Positions 40,229 through 49,793 are shown, counted from the first letter of the stretch. The stretch: 64,000 bases of DNA from an uncultured Chloroflexia bacterium (GCA_963828165.1 CAWHDR010000001.1:2464001-2528000), one strand, 5' to 3'. Notes: generated from the letters alone by a model not told the origin. Translations and numbers: made by a program.

Positions 40229-41476
40229 CTAGCTCGGTGAGGCGCTGGCGGCGGGAGCGGCGCTGGTCCCTGGCGAGGCACTCGTTCCGGGTTCCGGGTT
40301 CGCGGCTGGCACCTTGCCGTCCTTGATGACGACCTTCGATCCCTTGGGCAGGACCTGGACGAAGGTCTGACCGACCGTCAGCGTGACGGGCTCCCCCGAA
40401 GCGTCGTAGAACCGGGTGGGTTTGGACATGCCGGTCTTGCGCCAGGTGCCTTTGATCGTGCGGCCGTTCGTGGCGATCCACGCGGTGCCCGAGCCGATCA
40501 CGTCGGCCTCGAGTCGGTGCTTGTTGCTGCCGTCGTTGAGCGGCCCGAAGGACATGAGCATCACGACGACGTTCTTGGGCGCCACCTGTTTGTCGTCGGC
40601 GCGATCGATCTGCGTCTTCGACCCGCTGACCGAGCGCTTGTACGTGTTCGTGTTGCGGTCGTAGCGGTATGTGATGTCGTTCCAGGCGTAGGAGACCGAG
40701 ATCCGGCCGCCATTCGGGCGATCGACCGGCGATGCGTCCGGACCGAATCGCCAGGCAGCCTTGTACGGGCCGTCCTTTGCCCCGATGCGCTTGGCCAGCT
40801 TCCGCAGCTCCTTGCCGGTCGTGTACACGTTGTGCGGAGAGAAGCGATCCGTCGCCCGGTGGTAGTAGATGTTGCCCCAGCGGAACTCGTCGGCGTTGTA
40901 GACGAGCTGGCCGTTCCCCTGATTCCGCAACGTCTGCAACGCCTGGGGCGACCCGCCCGAGTGGCCGTACACCGCCGCCCATTCGGCCGCCCACGCGATG
41001 TAGTACTGCCGCGCGCTGCGCACCGGTCCGACGGCTCCGGGAACCACGTCCTGGAAGATGAGCATGTAGCGGGGGATGCCACCTTCAGCCGGCGCCTGCC
41101 ACACGACCGACGCCGCGTTGAAGCCGGACTGCGGCCGGGCGTCGGGATGGTCGTCGATCATGATCGCGATCGCGTGCCGCTTCGCCACGGCGGCCGACAC
41201 GTAGCGTCCGGTCAGGGGTGCCCGGCTGAGCGGTTTCGGTGTCGGCCTTGGCGTGGGGGTCGGGGTGGGGACCGGCGTGGGTGCCGGGCTCGGGGTCGTG
41301 GTCGGGTTCGGCGTGGGGGAGGGGCTCGGGGACGCGTCCGCCGTGATGGACGATGATGGGCTCGGCGACGGCGCAGCCCCGGCCGCGAGCACGCCAAGGC
41401 CGGCCCCGGCCAACAGGGCGAGCGCGAGCCCGCCGATGACGATGATCGTGCCCATCCCGGATGGACGACGTTGCAT
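40229..41476 (-). CDS. DUF3048 domain protein (membrane-anchored, PT/PS linker)
   Basis: APLTG, MIDDHPDARPQSG, EGGIPRY, GPVRSARQYY, PHNVY. Confidence 0.9.
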   Translation of the reverse strand: MQRRPSGMGTIIVIGGLALALLAGAGLGVLAAGAAPSPSPSSSITADASPSPSPTPNPTTTPSPAPTPVPTPTPTPRPTPKPLSRAPLTGRYVSAAVAKRHAIAIMIDDHPDARPQSGFNAASVVWQAPAEGGIPRYMLIFQDVVPGAVGPVRSARQYYIAWAAEWAAVYGHSGGSPQALQTLRNQGNGQLVYNADEFRWGNIYYHRATDRFSPHNVYTTGKELRKLAKRIGAKDGPYKAAWRFGPDASPVDRPNGGRISVSYAWNDITYRYDRNTNTYKRSVSGSKTQIDRADDKQVAPKNVVVMLMSFGPLNDGSNKHRLEADVIGSGTAWIATNGRTIKGTWRKTGMSKPTRFYDASGEPVTLTVGQTFVQVLPKGSKVVIKDGKVPAANPEPGTSASPGTSAAPAASASPS

Positions 41477-41617
41477 GGATCCCCTCAGCTGCCGACTGAC
41501 TCCACATCAGATCGACCGCGCGCAGGATAGCGGACGGACGCGCGCGACGCGTTGTGGCGGTACGCTGGCGGTTCGTCGCGGAAACATGCGCAGGACGCCC
41601 GCACCTGGAGGGGATCG

Positions 41618-42178
41618 ATGACCACCGAACCGACGATGCCCAAGGTCACCCCAGCGCGGGTGAAGACGTCTAAAGCGGTCACCGCGCCCGAGACGCTCCA
41701 GGCCGACCGCGTCGAGATCTCGCAAGGTGGCGTCGACCGCGTCGAGGCGACCTCCGTCTCCATCCATCAGGGCGGCATCGGAACGGCTGCCGCGACCACC
41801 ATCGACGTGCACCAGGGCGGCATCCAGCGCGCGACCGCGACGGACATCGCCGTGAGCCAGGGTGGGATCGTGCTCGCGCAGGGGAACCGGGTGTCGCTCG
41901 AGATGGGCGGCGTGGGCGCGGCCGTTGGCGACGAGGTGCGGGTGACCCAGTCGATAGCGGGCTTCGTGGCCGCCCGCGGGGACGCGACGGTGGACCAGAG
42001 CCTCGTCAGCACGCTCATCGCCGACCGGGTCACGATGCGTCAGCCGAGCGCCGTGCTCGTGCTCATCGCCCGACAGGTGGACGGGACCGTTCGTCCGCTG
42101 CTCGACTGGCGTGGCGCGATCGCCGCCGGGGCAGCGGCTGGCCTCGTTCTCGGAGTGTTTCGGGCGATCCGCCGCTGA
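41618..42178 (+). CDS. Hypothetical protein with ~15-residue repeats and C-terminal TM
   Basis: GGAGG RBS; VEISQGG, VSIHQGG, IDVHQGG, IAVSQGG, VSLEMGG at 15-aa spacing. Confidence 0.8.
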   Translation: MTTEPTMPKVTPARVKTSKAVTAPETLQADRVEISQGGVDRVEATSVSIHQGGIGTAAATTIDVHQGGIQRATATDIAVSQGGIVLAQGNRVSLEMGGVGAAVGDEVRVTQSIAGFVAARGDATVDQSLVSTLIADRVTMRQPSAVLVLIARQVDGTVRPLLDWRGAIAAGAAAGLVLGVFRAIRR

Positions 42179-42237
42179 TCGACCTGCTCGGGCCGGGCTT
42201 CGGGCCGCCAGGCGTGGGGCCGCACCGGCCCTGCGTT

Positions 42238-42948
42238 CTAGGGCGTGGTCTCGATCGTCGCGTCGAACTCCGCCGCCGGCGCCGGCCCGTCGAACGTCAG
42301 CCGCAGCACGTGTCCCACGCCGCCCAGCGCGTCGCCTTCGCAGGCCGCCCGGAACATCCGCAGGGTCCGGCCGTCGGCGTTGATCACGAGCTGGTGACCG
42401 GTGTCACACGTGGCGCCGGCCCAGGTGAGGATGACCACGGCGGGGTCGGCGGGGTCGTTCTCGACCCGGACCAGGTCCTGCTCGACGTCCACGCCGTCGC
42501 CCGGGTCGCCCGAGATCGCCTCGATCATCGTGGACGATTCGTCGGTGATCTCGATGAAGGCGTCGTCTCCGAGGTGCTCGATCAGGTCCACGCGGAGCGT
42601 GGCAGGCCCCGACGGCACCGCCGATGGCGTGACCGACGGCGACGGGCTCACGACCGGCGGCACGACCGCCGGATCCCGATCGAACCAACCGCCGATCGCG
42701 GCCCCCGCCACGGCGGCGGCGAGCAGCAGGCCGACGGCCGCGACGAGCGGCAGTGGCTGGGCCGGCCATCCGAGTCTGAACCCGCCACTCCCCATCGGGT
42801 CGCGGCGAACTGCGGCCAGGGGATCCCGCCGGCGTGGGTGCGTGCGCGCATGCGCGAGGGCCGCTTCGATCGTCCGCTCCGGCAGTCGACCCTGCGTGTC
42901 CTGGAACCACGCGGCGATCCGCCGGTCCTGGTCGTTGGGGGTGGTCAT
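42238..42948 (-). CDS. Single-pass membrane protein, putative anti-sigma factor
   Basis: ATGA-coupled to the ECF sigma; same layout as 21367..22197. Confidence 0.7.
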   Translation of the reverse strand: MTTPNDQDRRIAAWFQDTQGRLPERTIEAALAHARTHPRRRDPLAAVRRDPMGSGGFRLGWPAQPLPLVAAVGLLLAAAVAGAAIGGWFDRDPAVVPPVVSPSPSVTPSAVPSGPATLRVDLIEHLGDDAFIEITDESSTMIEAISGDPGDGVDVEQDLVRVENDPADPAVVILTWAGATCDTGHQLVINADGRTLRMFRAACEGDALGGVGHVLRLTFDGPAPAAEFDATIETTP

Positions 42949-43511
42949 GCCGAGCGCTCCTTCCCGTGGTCCGCGCGGGCGTGGGCTTCGAGCGTGGCGC
43001 GGAGCGCCTGGCTCGCGTAATGGAGGCGGGAACCGGCCGTCCCGACCGGGATGCCGAGCACGTCCGCGATCTCCTGGGAGGACAGGCCGGCGAAGTGGTG
43101 GAGGGTCAGGATCGCGCGCTGTTCCGGCTTGAGCTGGCGGAAGCCGCGCTCGACCTCGTCCCGATCGGCGACCGAGCCGAATTCGTCGGGTGAACGGGAC
43201 GCGTCGGCGTCGGCGGGGAGCAGCCGGACGAGCGCTCCGCCGCCGGGACCCCGGCGCTCGCGCTTCGCGGCGGCGATGCTGGCTCGCGCGATCAGTCGAT
43301 AGGTCCACGCGTCGAACCGCTCGGGATCGCGCAGCCTCGGGAGCTCGTCCCAGATCGTCACGAGGGTCTGCTGCACGGCGTCCTCCGCGAGGTGGTGGTC
43401 GCGCAGGATCCGGTGGGCGATCGCGAACAGGCGGTCGGCCGACAGGCGGACCAGGCCCTCGAAGGCCTCCTGGTCGCCGCGCGCCGCCCGTTCCACCAGA
43501 TCTCGTTGCAC
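42945..43511 (-). CDS. ECF sigma-70 family RNA polymerase sigma factor
   Basis: GDQEAF, AEDAVQQ, FDAWTYR, EIADVLGIPVGTAGSRL. Confidence 0.93.
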   Translation of the reverse strand: MQRDLVERAARGDQEAFEGLVRLSADRLFAIAHRILRDHHLAEDAVQQTLVTIWDELPRLRDPERFDAWTYRLIARASIAAAKRERRGPGGGALVRLLPADADASRSPDEFGSVADRDEVERGFRQLKPEQRAILTLHHFAGLSSQEIADVLGIPVGTAGSRLHYASQALRATLEAHARADHGKERSA

Positions 43512-43770
43512 GATCGCTCGTCTCCTGCTGTGGTCGTTCGCCGAGTATGGGGAGGTCGCCGGCGCTTTCCTTCAATGTTGCTTGGCGAGTCTTGCGCACA
43601 CCACGCTCGTATCGACGAACGAAGACTCCGAATCACCGGATTTGGGATCGCTCGTTGACCCGGGCATGCGCCAGAGTCACATCCAGGGAACGAACGCCCG
43701 CGAACCGTTGTCCGTTCGCTGATAGGCGCATCCCGTGCACGACCGAAGGCTGGAAAGTCGTGGCAGCGTT

Positions 43771-43787
43771 TCTCAGGACGGTCTCAG
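43771..43787 (+). promoter_or_regulatory. Direct repeat TCTCAG-N5-TCTCAG (MprA/OmpR-type box)
   Basis: TCTCAGgacggTCTCAG just upstream of an HtrA-like gene. Confidence 0.55.
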
Positions 43788-43810
43788 GCTTCGAGGCTGT
43801 ACTGATGGTC

Positions 43811-44800
43811 ATGGAGACCTTCGACCGCACCACCGATCTCAACCCAGGCAGCACCTCCGCCTTCGTGGTCGAACCATTCACACCGGTCCGTCCGTCCTCC
43901 CCGGCCGGATCGTCAGCGGCGACGCTCGTCGGTGAGCCCATCGCGACCCCCCAAGGAACGGCGACCTCCTCCCGTCCGTTCCGTGGCCGATGGCTCGCCG
44001 GCGTCCTCGCCGTGTCCATGCTTTCCGCGGTGGTGGGGTCGGTCGGGACGGTCGGGCTGCTCACCGGGCTGGGGGGCATGGGCGCCGGCCCCGGCACGGG
44101 CCCGGCCAGCGCCACGAACACCGCTGCGAACCCGGCCGGCGTTGCGTCCGCGGACGCCGTCGTGGCGGTCGCCGACTCGGCGAGCCCGGCCGTCGTGACG
44201 ATCACCGTGGACTCGGCCGGAGAGGCCGGATACGGACCGTTCTCGGTGCCATCGACCGGCGTCGGATCGGGCTTCGTCTTCGATGCGTCGGGTCTGATCC
44301 TCACGAACCATCACGTCATCGAGGGCAGCGACCGGATCACCGTCACGTTCAAGGACGGCTCGGAGCTGGCCGGGACCGTCGTCGCCAGCGACAGCACCCA
44401 CGACCTCGCGGTCGTCAAGGTCGACCCGGCCACGCCATTGCCGACGATCCCGATCGGCGACTCCTCGGCCCTGAAGGTCGGCCAGCGGGTGATCGCCATC
44501 GGCAGCCCGTTGGGCACGTTCACCGAATCGGTCACGTCCGGGATCCTGTCGGCGACCGGCCGGACGATCGAGGTCGGCTCCCCGAACAGCCGCCAGACGT
44601 CCACGATGACCGGCCTCCTGCAGACGGACGCCTCCATCAACCCCGGCAATAGCGGTGGCCCGCTGCTCGATGACACGGGCGCGGTCATCGGAGTCAACTC
44701 GGCGGCCGCCCAGAGCGCGCAGGGCATCGGATTCGCCGTCCCGATCGACGTGGCCGCCGACATCATGGCCCAGGCTCGCGCGAAGGTCGGGATCGTCTAG
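43811..44800 (+). CDS. HtrA/DegS-like S1C serine protease, membrane-anchored, no PDZ
   Basis: GSGF, LTNHHVI, DLAVVK, QTDASINPGNSGGPL. Confidence 0.92.
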   Translation: METFDRTTDLNPGSTSAFVVEPFTPVRPSSPAGSSAATLVGEPIATPQGTATSSRPFRGRWLAGVLAVSMLSAVVGSVGTVGLLTGLGGMGAGPGTGPASATNTAANPAGVASADAVVAVADSASPAVVTITVDSAGEAGYGPFSVPSTGVGSGFVFDASGLILTNHHVIEGSDRITVTFKDGSELAGTVVASDSTHDLAVVKVDPATPLPTIPIGDSSALKVGQRVIAIGSPLGTFTESVTSGILSATGRTIEVGSPNSRQTSTMTGLLQTDASINPGNSGGPLLDDTGAVIGVNSAAAQSAQGIGFAVPIDVAADIMAQARAKVGIV

Positions 44801-44888
44801 CCAGGGCCCGGCCGCCGCTTCAGCCGGGCCAGGCTGCCGGCCCGTCAGCCGGCTGGATCCCGAATTCGCGGCATACTGGTCGACCGTC

Positions 44889-45785
44889 ATGGTCATCCGC
44901 GTCTTGCCAACCCTCCGCCGCACCCTCGCGCTCCTCGTGCTCGCGGCCACCGTGGTCGCTGGCTGCACGCCGGGCGGTGGCGGCGCGTCGCCGACGTCGG
45001 AGGCCACGACCGCGGTGGCACGGACCGGGGAGCCGGCACGGACCGGGGAGCCGGCACGGACCGAGACGGGGCAGCCGGCACCGAGCGACGACGGCGCGAC
45101 AGCCGGTGAGCCTGGCCCGAGCGCGACCGTCGAGCCGTCACCGAGCGCGACTCCGACCCGCTCGCCCCGAAGCGAGGCCGCTGAGGCCGAGCGAAAGCCA
45201 TTCGCGATGAACCTCTACCGCAAGGGCGATTTCGTCGCTCAGTACAACTTCGAGTTGTGCGTCGGCGCGAGCCTGCAGATGGCGCTCAACATGGCCACCG
45301 ACGATTCGCGGACCTCTCGAACGGATCAGCAGCGCCTCTGGGAGATGGCGCGCGACACGAGTTTCAGTCCGTTCGGCGGCGCCAATCCACGGGGCTGGAC
45401 GGCTACGCTCAACGAGCTCGGCATCGGACCGTACGAGCTCGTTTCGATCCCGACCTTCGAAGGCGCCCTGGACGTCGCCGCCGAAGCCATCCGGGCGACC
45501 AAGCGACCCGTCGGTCTGGTCATGTGGCGCGGCCGCCATGCCTGGGTGATGAGCGGGTTCGAGTCGAGCGCGGACCCGCGCAAGTTCGACGACTTCGATG
45601 TCACCGGTATCCGTGTCCTCGACCCGCTGTATCCGCACGGCAGCTCGGTGTGGGGCCGGAGCCCCAAGCCGAACACGCTCGTCTCGCCCGCGACACTTGC
45701 CAAGCAGTTCGTCATCCGTGACAGCACGCGCGTGAACCTCGGCGTGCCGCCCGGCTACCTGCTGGTCCTGCCCGTCGTCGGATGA
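44889..45785 (+). CDS. Lipoprotein with putative papain-like (C39-like) peptidase domain
   Basis: VAGC lipobox, ARTGEP repeats, QYNFELCV (Q..C), GRHAWVMSG (H), VLDP (D). Confidence 0.6.
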   Translation: MVIRVLPTLRRTLALLVLAATVVAGCTPGGGGASPTSEATTAVARTGEPARTGEPARTETGQPAPSDDGATAGEPGPSATVEPSPSATPTRSPRSEAAEAERKPFAMNLYRKGDFVAQYNFELCVGASLQMALNMATDDSRTSRTDQQRLWEMARDTSFSPFGGANPRGWTATLNELGIGPYELVSIPTFEGALDVAAEAIRATKRPVGLVMWRGRHAWVMSGFESSADPRKFDDFDVTGIRVLDPLYPHGSSVWGRSPKPNTLVSPATLAKQFVIRDSTRVNLGVPPGYLLVLPVVG

Positions 45786-45955
45786 CGACGACGTTCGTGG
45801 AGGTTCCGGGCAGCCGCCTCCAGGTCGTCGATGAGGGCGGTCCGAAAGACCCGCCGGTCGTGCTGCTCCACGCCGGCATCGCGGACCTGCGCGCCTGGGA
45901 CGACGTCGTGCCGCCACTCCACTCGGCGGGCTCTCGCCCGACGGCGCCCACATGA
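45782..45955 (+). pseudogene. 57-codon N-terminal remnant of an alpha/beta hydrolase
   Basis: MTTTFVEVPGSRLQVVDEGGPKDPPVVLLHAGIADLRAWDD then stop; ATGA-coupled; rest of the fold absent. Confidence 0.7.
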
Positions 45956-46025
45956 TCGGGATGGAGATCCCGGACGAACTCGCTCGATTGATCGTCGGGT
46001 TCCTCGCGCCGCTTGCGCCCTGGTC

Positions 46026-47294
46026 GTGATCGCCGGACGGCTGCGAACGCCCCTCGTTGGGATCCTGGCGGTAGTCCTGGCCGCCTGCGGCGGGGTCGCC
46101 CCGACCGCTGATGGAGCTCCCGTGGGCGAGCCGACGACCGCCGCCGCCACCGTCCGTCCGACGATCGCGCCGATCCCCGGTCACGAGGTCTACGGCTTCG
46201 TGCCGTACTGGGAGATGGACGATTCGATCGTCGACCACGTTGGTGCGACCGATCTCACGACCCTGGCCCTGTTCTCCGTGACACATCGGCGCAACGGGGA
46301 GCTGGACGACTCGCAGAACGGCTATCGGAGGATCTCGGGCGATGTAGGGCGGCGCCTGGCCCGTGCCGCGCAGGACCGCGGCGCCCGCGTCGAGCTCGTG
46401 TACACGAGCTTCGGTCCGGACAAGAACCGCCAGTTCTACGCGGAGCCCGAGGCCCAGACGCGCTGGATCGAGGTGCTCGTCCAGCTCGTCGACGAGCTCG
46501 GACTCGATGGCATCAACGTCGACGTCGAGAGTCTCCCGGCCGAGCACCTGCTCGACTACGGGGCCTTCGTCGGTCGCCTTCGAGACGCCTTGCGATCGCG
46601 CCTGCCCGACGCGCAGGTCTCGGTCGCGACCCAGGCGAACGAGCTCGGGGCGGGGATGGCCGCCGCCGCCGCTTCGGCGGGCGCGGACCGCATCTTCCTG
46701 ATGGGCTACGACTACCACTGGGCCGGGTCCGATCCCGGTGCCTCGGCGCCGATCGATCGGCTCGACGGCGAGCCGCGCGATCTGGTCTGGTCCCTCGACC
46801 TGTACGCCACGCTCGGCGTGCCGGTCGATCGGACGATCCTGGGTCTGCCGCTGTACGGGATGACGTGGCCGGTCATCGGCCCGGGCGTTGGGTCTCCAGC
46901 CACGGGTCGTGGCGACAACTGGGTGCCGCGCTGGAACCTTTCGACCTTTGCCGACCCATCGTTCGCACCGATGCTCGAGCCGGTCCAGAGCGTCGAGTTC
47001 TACTCGCTGCCCATCTCTGGAGCCTCTTCACGGTCGCCGGGGAGTGGCTCTTCCGAGGGCGCGGGGCCATTGTCGAGCGGCGAGGCATTCGCCAGCCTGC
47101 CTGCCATCGAGCCGGATCCCGGCTGGAACGCCGTGTACTACGACTCGCCTCGGAGCCTCACGCCGAAGCTGCTGCTCGCCGACGACCGTGGTCTGGCCGG
47201 AGCCGGATTCTGGGCGATCGGCTACGAGCGCGGCCTACCCGATTACACGGAGCTCATCGCCACGTTCCGTGCCGGCGATCTCCAGGCGCCCTGA
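46026..47294 (+). CDS. GH18 family lipoprotein
   Basis: LAAC lipobox, VYGFVPYW, LDGINVDVE, LMGYDYH, LGLPLYG, GAGFWAIGY. Confidence 0.9.
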   Translation: MIAGRLRTPLVGILAVVLAACGGVAPTADGAPVGEPTTAAATVRPTIAPIPGHEVYGFVPYWEMDDSIVDHVGATDLTTLALFSVTHRRNGELDDSQNGYRRISGDVGRRLARAAQDRGARVELVYTSFGPDKNRQFYAEPEAQTRWIEVLVQLVDELGLDGINVDVESLPAEHLLDYGAFVGRLRDALRSRLPDAQVSVATQANELGAGMAAAAASAGADRIFLMGYDYHWAGSDPGASAPIDRLDGEPRDLVWSLDLYATLGVPVDRTILGLPLYGMTWPVIGPGVGSPATGRGDNWVPRWNLSTFADPSFAPMLEPVQSVEFYSLPISGASSRSPGSGSSEGAGPLSSGEAFASLPAIEPDPGWNAVYYDSPRSLTPKLLLADDRGLAGAGFWAIGYERGLPDYTELIATFRAGDLQAP

Positions 47295-47338
47295 CCGCGC
47301 GTACCGTCCTTCTGGGTGCGTTTCCCGCCCAAAGGCTT

Positions 47339-47371
47339 GATTGCAACTCGATTGCAACTCGGCTGCAAGGT
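47339..47371 (+). promoter_or_regulatory. Three tandem 11-bp direct repeats upstream of the sugar ABC operon
   Basis: GATTGCAACTC GATTGCAACTC GGCTGCAAGGT. Confidence 0.55.
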
Positions 47372-47474
47372 CGCCCGAAGAGGGGGTCAAGGCCGGCGTC
47401 GAGTCGCCTGACTACGCTGAGGCAACGTCGTCGCCCGGGTCCGACCCCCAGCCCGTGTGCGCGGAGGAGCATCG

Positions 47475-48779
47475 ATGGATACATCGCGCATCTCGTGGCG
47501 CGTTTTCGCGCTGGTCTGTGCACTGGTCCTGGCGATCAGCGCGTGCGGCACCAATGAGCAAGGCGGGTCGGCTGCGCCTGACGCGACCACCGCCAATGAA
47601 CCAGGCCCCTCGGGTGCCCCGGCCGGGTCGCCTGCCGCGGTAAGCGGCGAGGTCACCGTGTGGGCCATGGGCAATGAAGGCACGAAGCTCGGCGTGATGG
47701 CCGACAAGTTCATGGCGGCCAACCCGGACGTGAAGGTCAGCGTGACCCCGGTCGACTGGGGCCAGGCGGTCGCGAAGCTGCAGACCGCGATCGGTGGCGG
47801 CGAGACCCCGGATGTGAGCCAGATGGGTACCGACATGATGGGCCAGTTCGTGGAGACGGGCGCCCTCGAGGCGGTGCCGGCTGATATCGACCCGAGCGGC
47901 TTCTTCGAAAGCGCCTGGCAGACGAACGTCGTCGACGGTCAGGCCTACGGCGTCCCGTGGTACGTCGAGACGCGCGTCCTCTACTACCGGACCGACGTGG
48001 CCGAGAAGGCCGGGATCACGGCCCCACCGACCACCTGGGATGAGCTGAAGGCGATGGCCAAGGGGATGCAAGCCGAGGGTGGCGCCGAGTACGGCATCGC
48101 GCTCGGAACGAAGAATGGGCAGGAGTACCTGCCCTTCGTCTGGTCGAACGGCGGCGACGTCATCGGCGCCGACGGGGCCTTCGCGCTCGATTCCCCGCAG
48201 GCGGTCGAGGCCCTCACGTTCTACGACTCGTTCTTCGAGGAAGGACTGACCCCCACGTCCGTCCCTGAAGGGTTCGACATCACGCCGGCCTTCGTCGCCG
48301 GCACGCACCCCATGTTCTTCTCCGGCCCGTGGCACCTGGGCCTCATCACCGAGGCCGGTGGCGCCGACATCGATGGCAAGTGGGCGATCGCCCCGATGCC
48401 CAAGAAGACGACCGGGACATCCTTCGTCGGCGGCAGCAACCTCGTCGTCTTCAAGGACAGCCCGAACAAGGAGGCCGCCTGGGCCTTCGTGAAGTTCATG
48501 GCGGATCCCGCGAATCAGGTCGCCTGGTACGACGAGGCGACCGTGCTGCCAGCCGTCCAGCGTGCCTGGGACGACCCGGCCCTCGCGGGTGACGAGAACG
48601 TCGCGGTCTTCGGCGAGCAGCTCCAGGACACGAAGGCCCCGCCGGCGATCCCGACCTGGAACGAGGTGTCGACGGCGATCAACGACAACCTCGAGAAGGT
48701 CACGACCGGCGATGTCGCTCCCGCCGAAGGGGCGAAGTCGATGGAGGAGGAGGCCACCGCCATCGGCACGGGCCGGTAG
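47475..48779 (+). CDS. Sugar ABC transporter substrate-binding lipoprotein
   Basis: ISAC lipobox, PDVSQM, YGVPWYVETRVLYYRTD, PTTWDEL, FVGGSNL. Confidence 0.93.
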   Translation: MDTSRISWRVFALVCALVLAISACGTNEQGGSAAPDATTANEPGPSGAPAGSPAAVSGEVTVWAMGNEGTKLGVMADKFMAANPDVKVSVTPVDWGQAVAKLQTAIGGGETPDVSQMGTDMMGQFVETGALEAVPADIDPSGFFESAWQTNVVDGQAYGVPWYVETRVLYYRTDVAEKAGITAPPTTWDELKAMAKGMQAEGGAEYGIALGTKNGQEYLPFVWSNGGDVIGADGAFALDSPQAVEALTFYDSFFEEGLTPTSVPEGFDITPAFVAGTHPMFFSGPWHLGLITEAGGADIDGKWAIAPMPKKTTGTSFVGGSNLVVFKDSPNKEAAWAFVKFMADPANQVAWYDEATVLPAVQRAWDDPALAGDENVAVFGEQLQDTKAPPAIPTWNEVSTAINDNLEKVTTGDVAPAEGAKSMEEEATAIGTGR

Positions 48780-48781
48780 TC

Positions 48782-49780
48782 ATGACCCAACGCGCTGACC
48801 CGGTCGGGCCACCACGCTCGACCGGGTCGGTCCGCGAACCGGTCGCCGCACCCGCGCTCGCGGGCGCGATGGCGACGGCGAGGATGCGCCGGGAACCGCG
48901 CATCAGCCTGCGCCAGCACCTCACTGGCTGGGGTTTCGCCCTGCCGTTCGTGATCATCTTCGTGGTGTTCATGGCCGGGCCGATCGTCGCGTCGCTCGTC
49001 TTGAGCTTCACCGATTTCGGCCTGCGCGACCTGCGCAACCCGCTCGGCACCAACTTCATCGGGCTGGACAACTACATCGAGCTCGCGGGCGACCCGACGT
49101 TCCGCATCGCTCTCGTCAACACGGCCTACTTCGTCATCGTCGGCGTGCCCCTGACCCTTGGGCTCGGACTGGCGGTGGCGCTCGCTCTCGACCGTGGGAT
49201 CCGACAGTTCAGGACCATGTTCCGGGTGGGCTACTACCTGCCCGTGGTCACGAGCATCGTCGCGGTCGCGGTCGTGTGGCGATTCGTCCTCAACCCGGAT
49301 TACGGCCTGCTCAACATGACTCTCGGCGCGATCGGCATCGATGGGCCCGACTGGCTCGGCTCGCCCATCCTCGCCATGCCCTCGCTCATCGTGATGGCCG
49401 CGTGGCGGAACCTCGGCTTTGCCATGGTGCTGTTCCTCGCCGGGCTCCAGACCATCCCCGTCCAGCTGTACGAGGCAGCGTCGATCGACGGGGCCGGTCG
49501 CTGGGCTGCCTTCAAGTCGGTGACCCTGCCCCTGCTTCGGCCGACCCTGCTGTTCGCGGTCGTCATCACGACGATCGGGTACCTCCAGGTCTTCGAGGAA
49601 CCGTTCGTCATGACGGACGGCGGCCCGTTGGATCGGACGCTGTCCGTGTCGATGTTCATGTACGAAGAGGGGTTCGAGTTCTTCCACCAGGGATACGCGG
49701 CCGCGATCGCCTGGGTCCTGTTCGTGCTCGTCGCGATCGTCGCGGTCGTCCAGTTCCGCTTGTTGCGGTCGCAGACATGA
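48782..49780 (+). CDS. Sugar ABC transporter permease
   Basis: FIGLDNY and the EAA loop LYEAASIDGA. Confidence 0.94.
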   Translation: MTQRADPVGPPRSTGSVREPVAAPALAGAMATARMRREPRISLRQHLTGWGFALPFVIIFVVFMAGPIVASLVLSFTDFGLRDLRNPLGTNFIGLDNYIELAGDPTFRIALVNTAYFVIVGVPLTLGLGLAVALALDRGIRQFRTMFRVGYYLPVVTSIVAVAVVWRFVLNPDYGLLNMTLGAIGIDGPDWLGSPILAMPSLIVMAAWRNLGFAMVLFLAGLQTIPVQLYEAASIDGAGRWAAFKSVTLPLLRPTLLFAVVITTIGYLQVFEEPFVMTDGGPLDRTLSVSMFMYEEGFEFFHQGYAAAIAWVLFVLVAIVAVVQFRLLRSQT

Positions 49781-49793
49781 CGGAAACGCCCCG

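Noticed and set aside
42238-43599. 453-aa ORF overlapping the ECF sigma gene
   Set aside because: Upstream extension of the anti-sigma-like gene through an open shadow frame; the real start is the coupled ATG at 42948.
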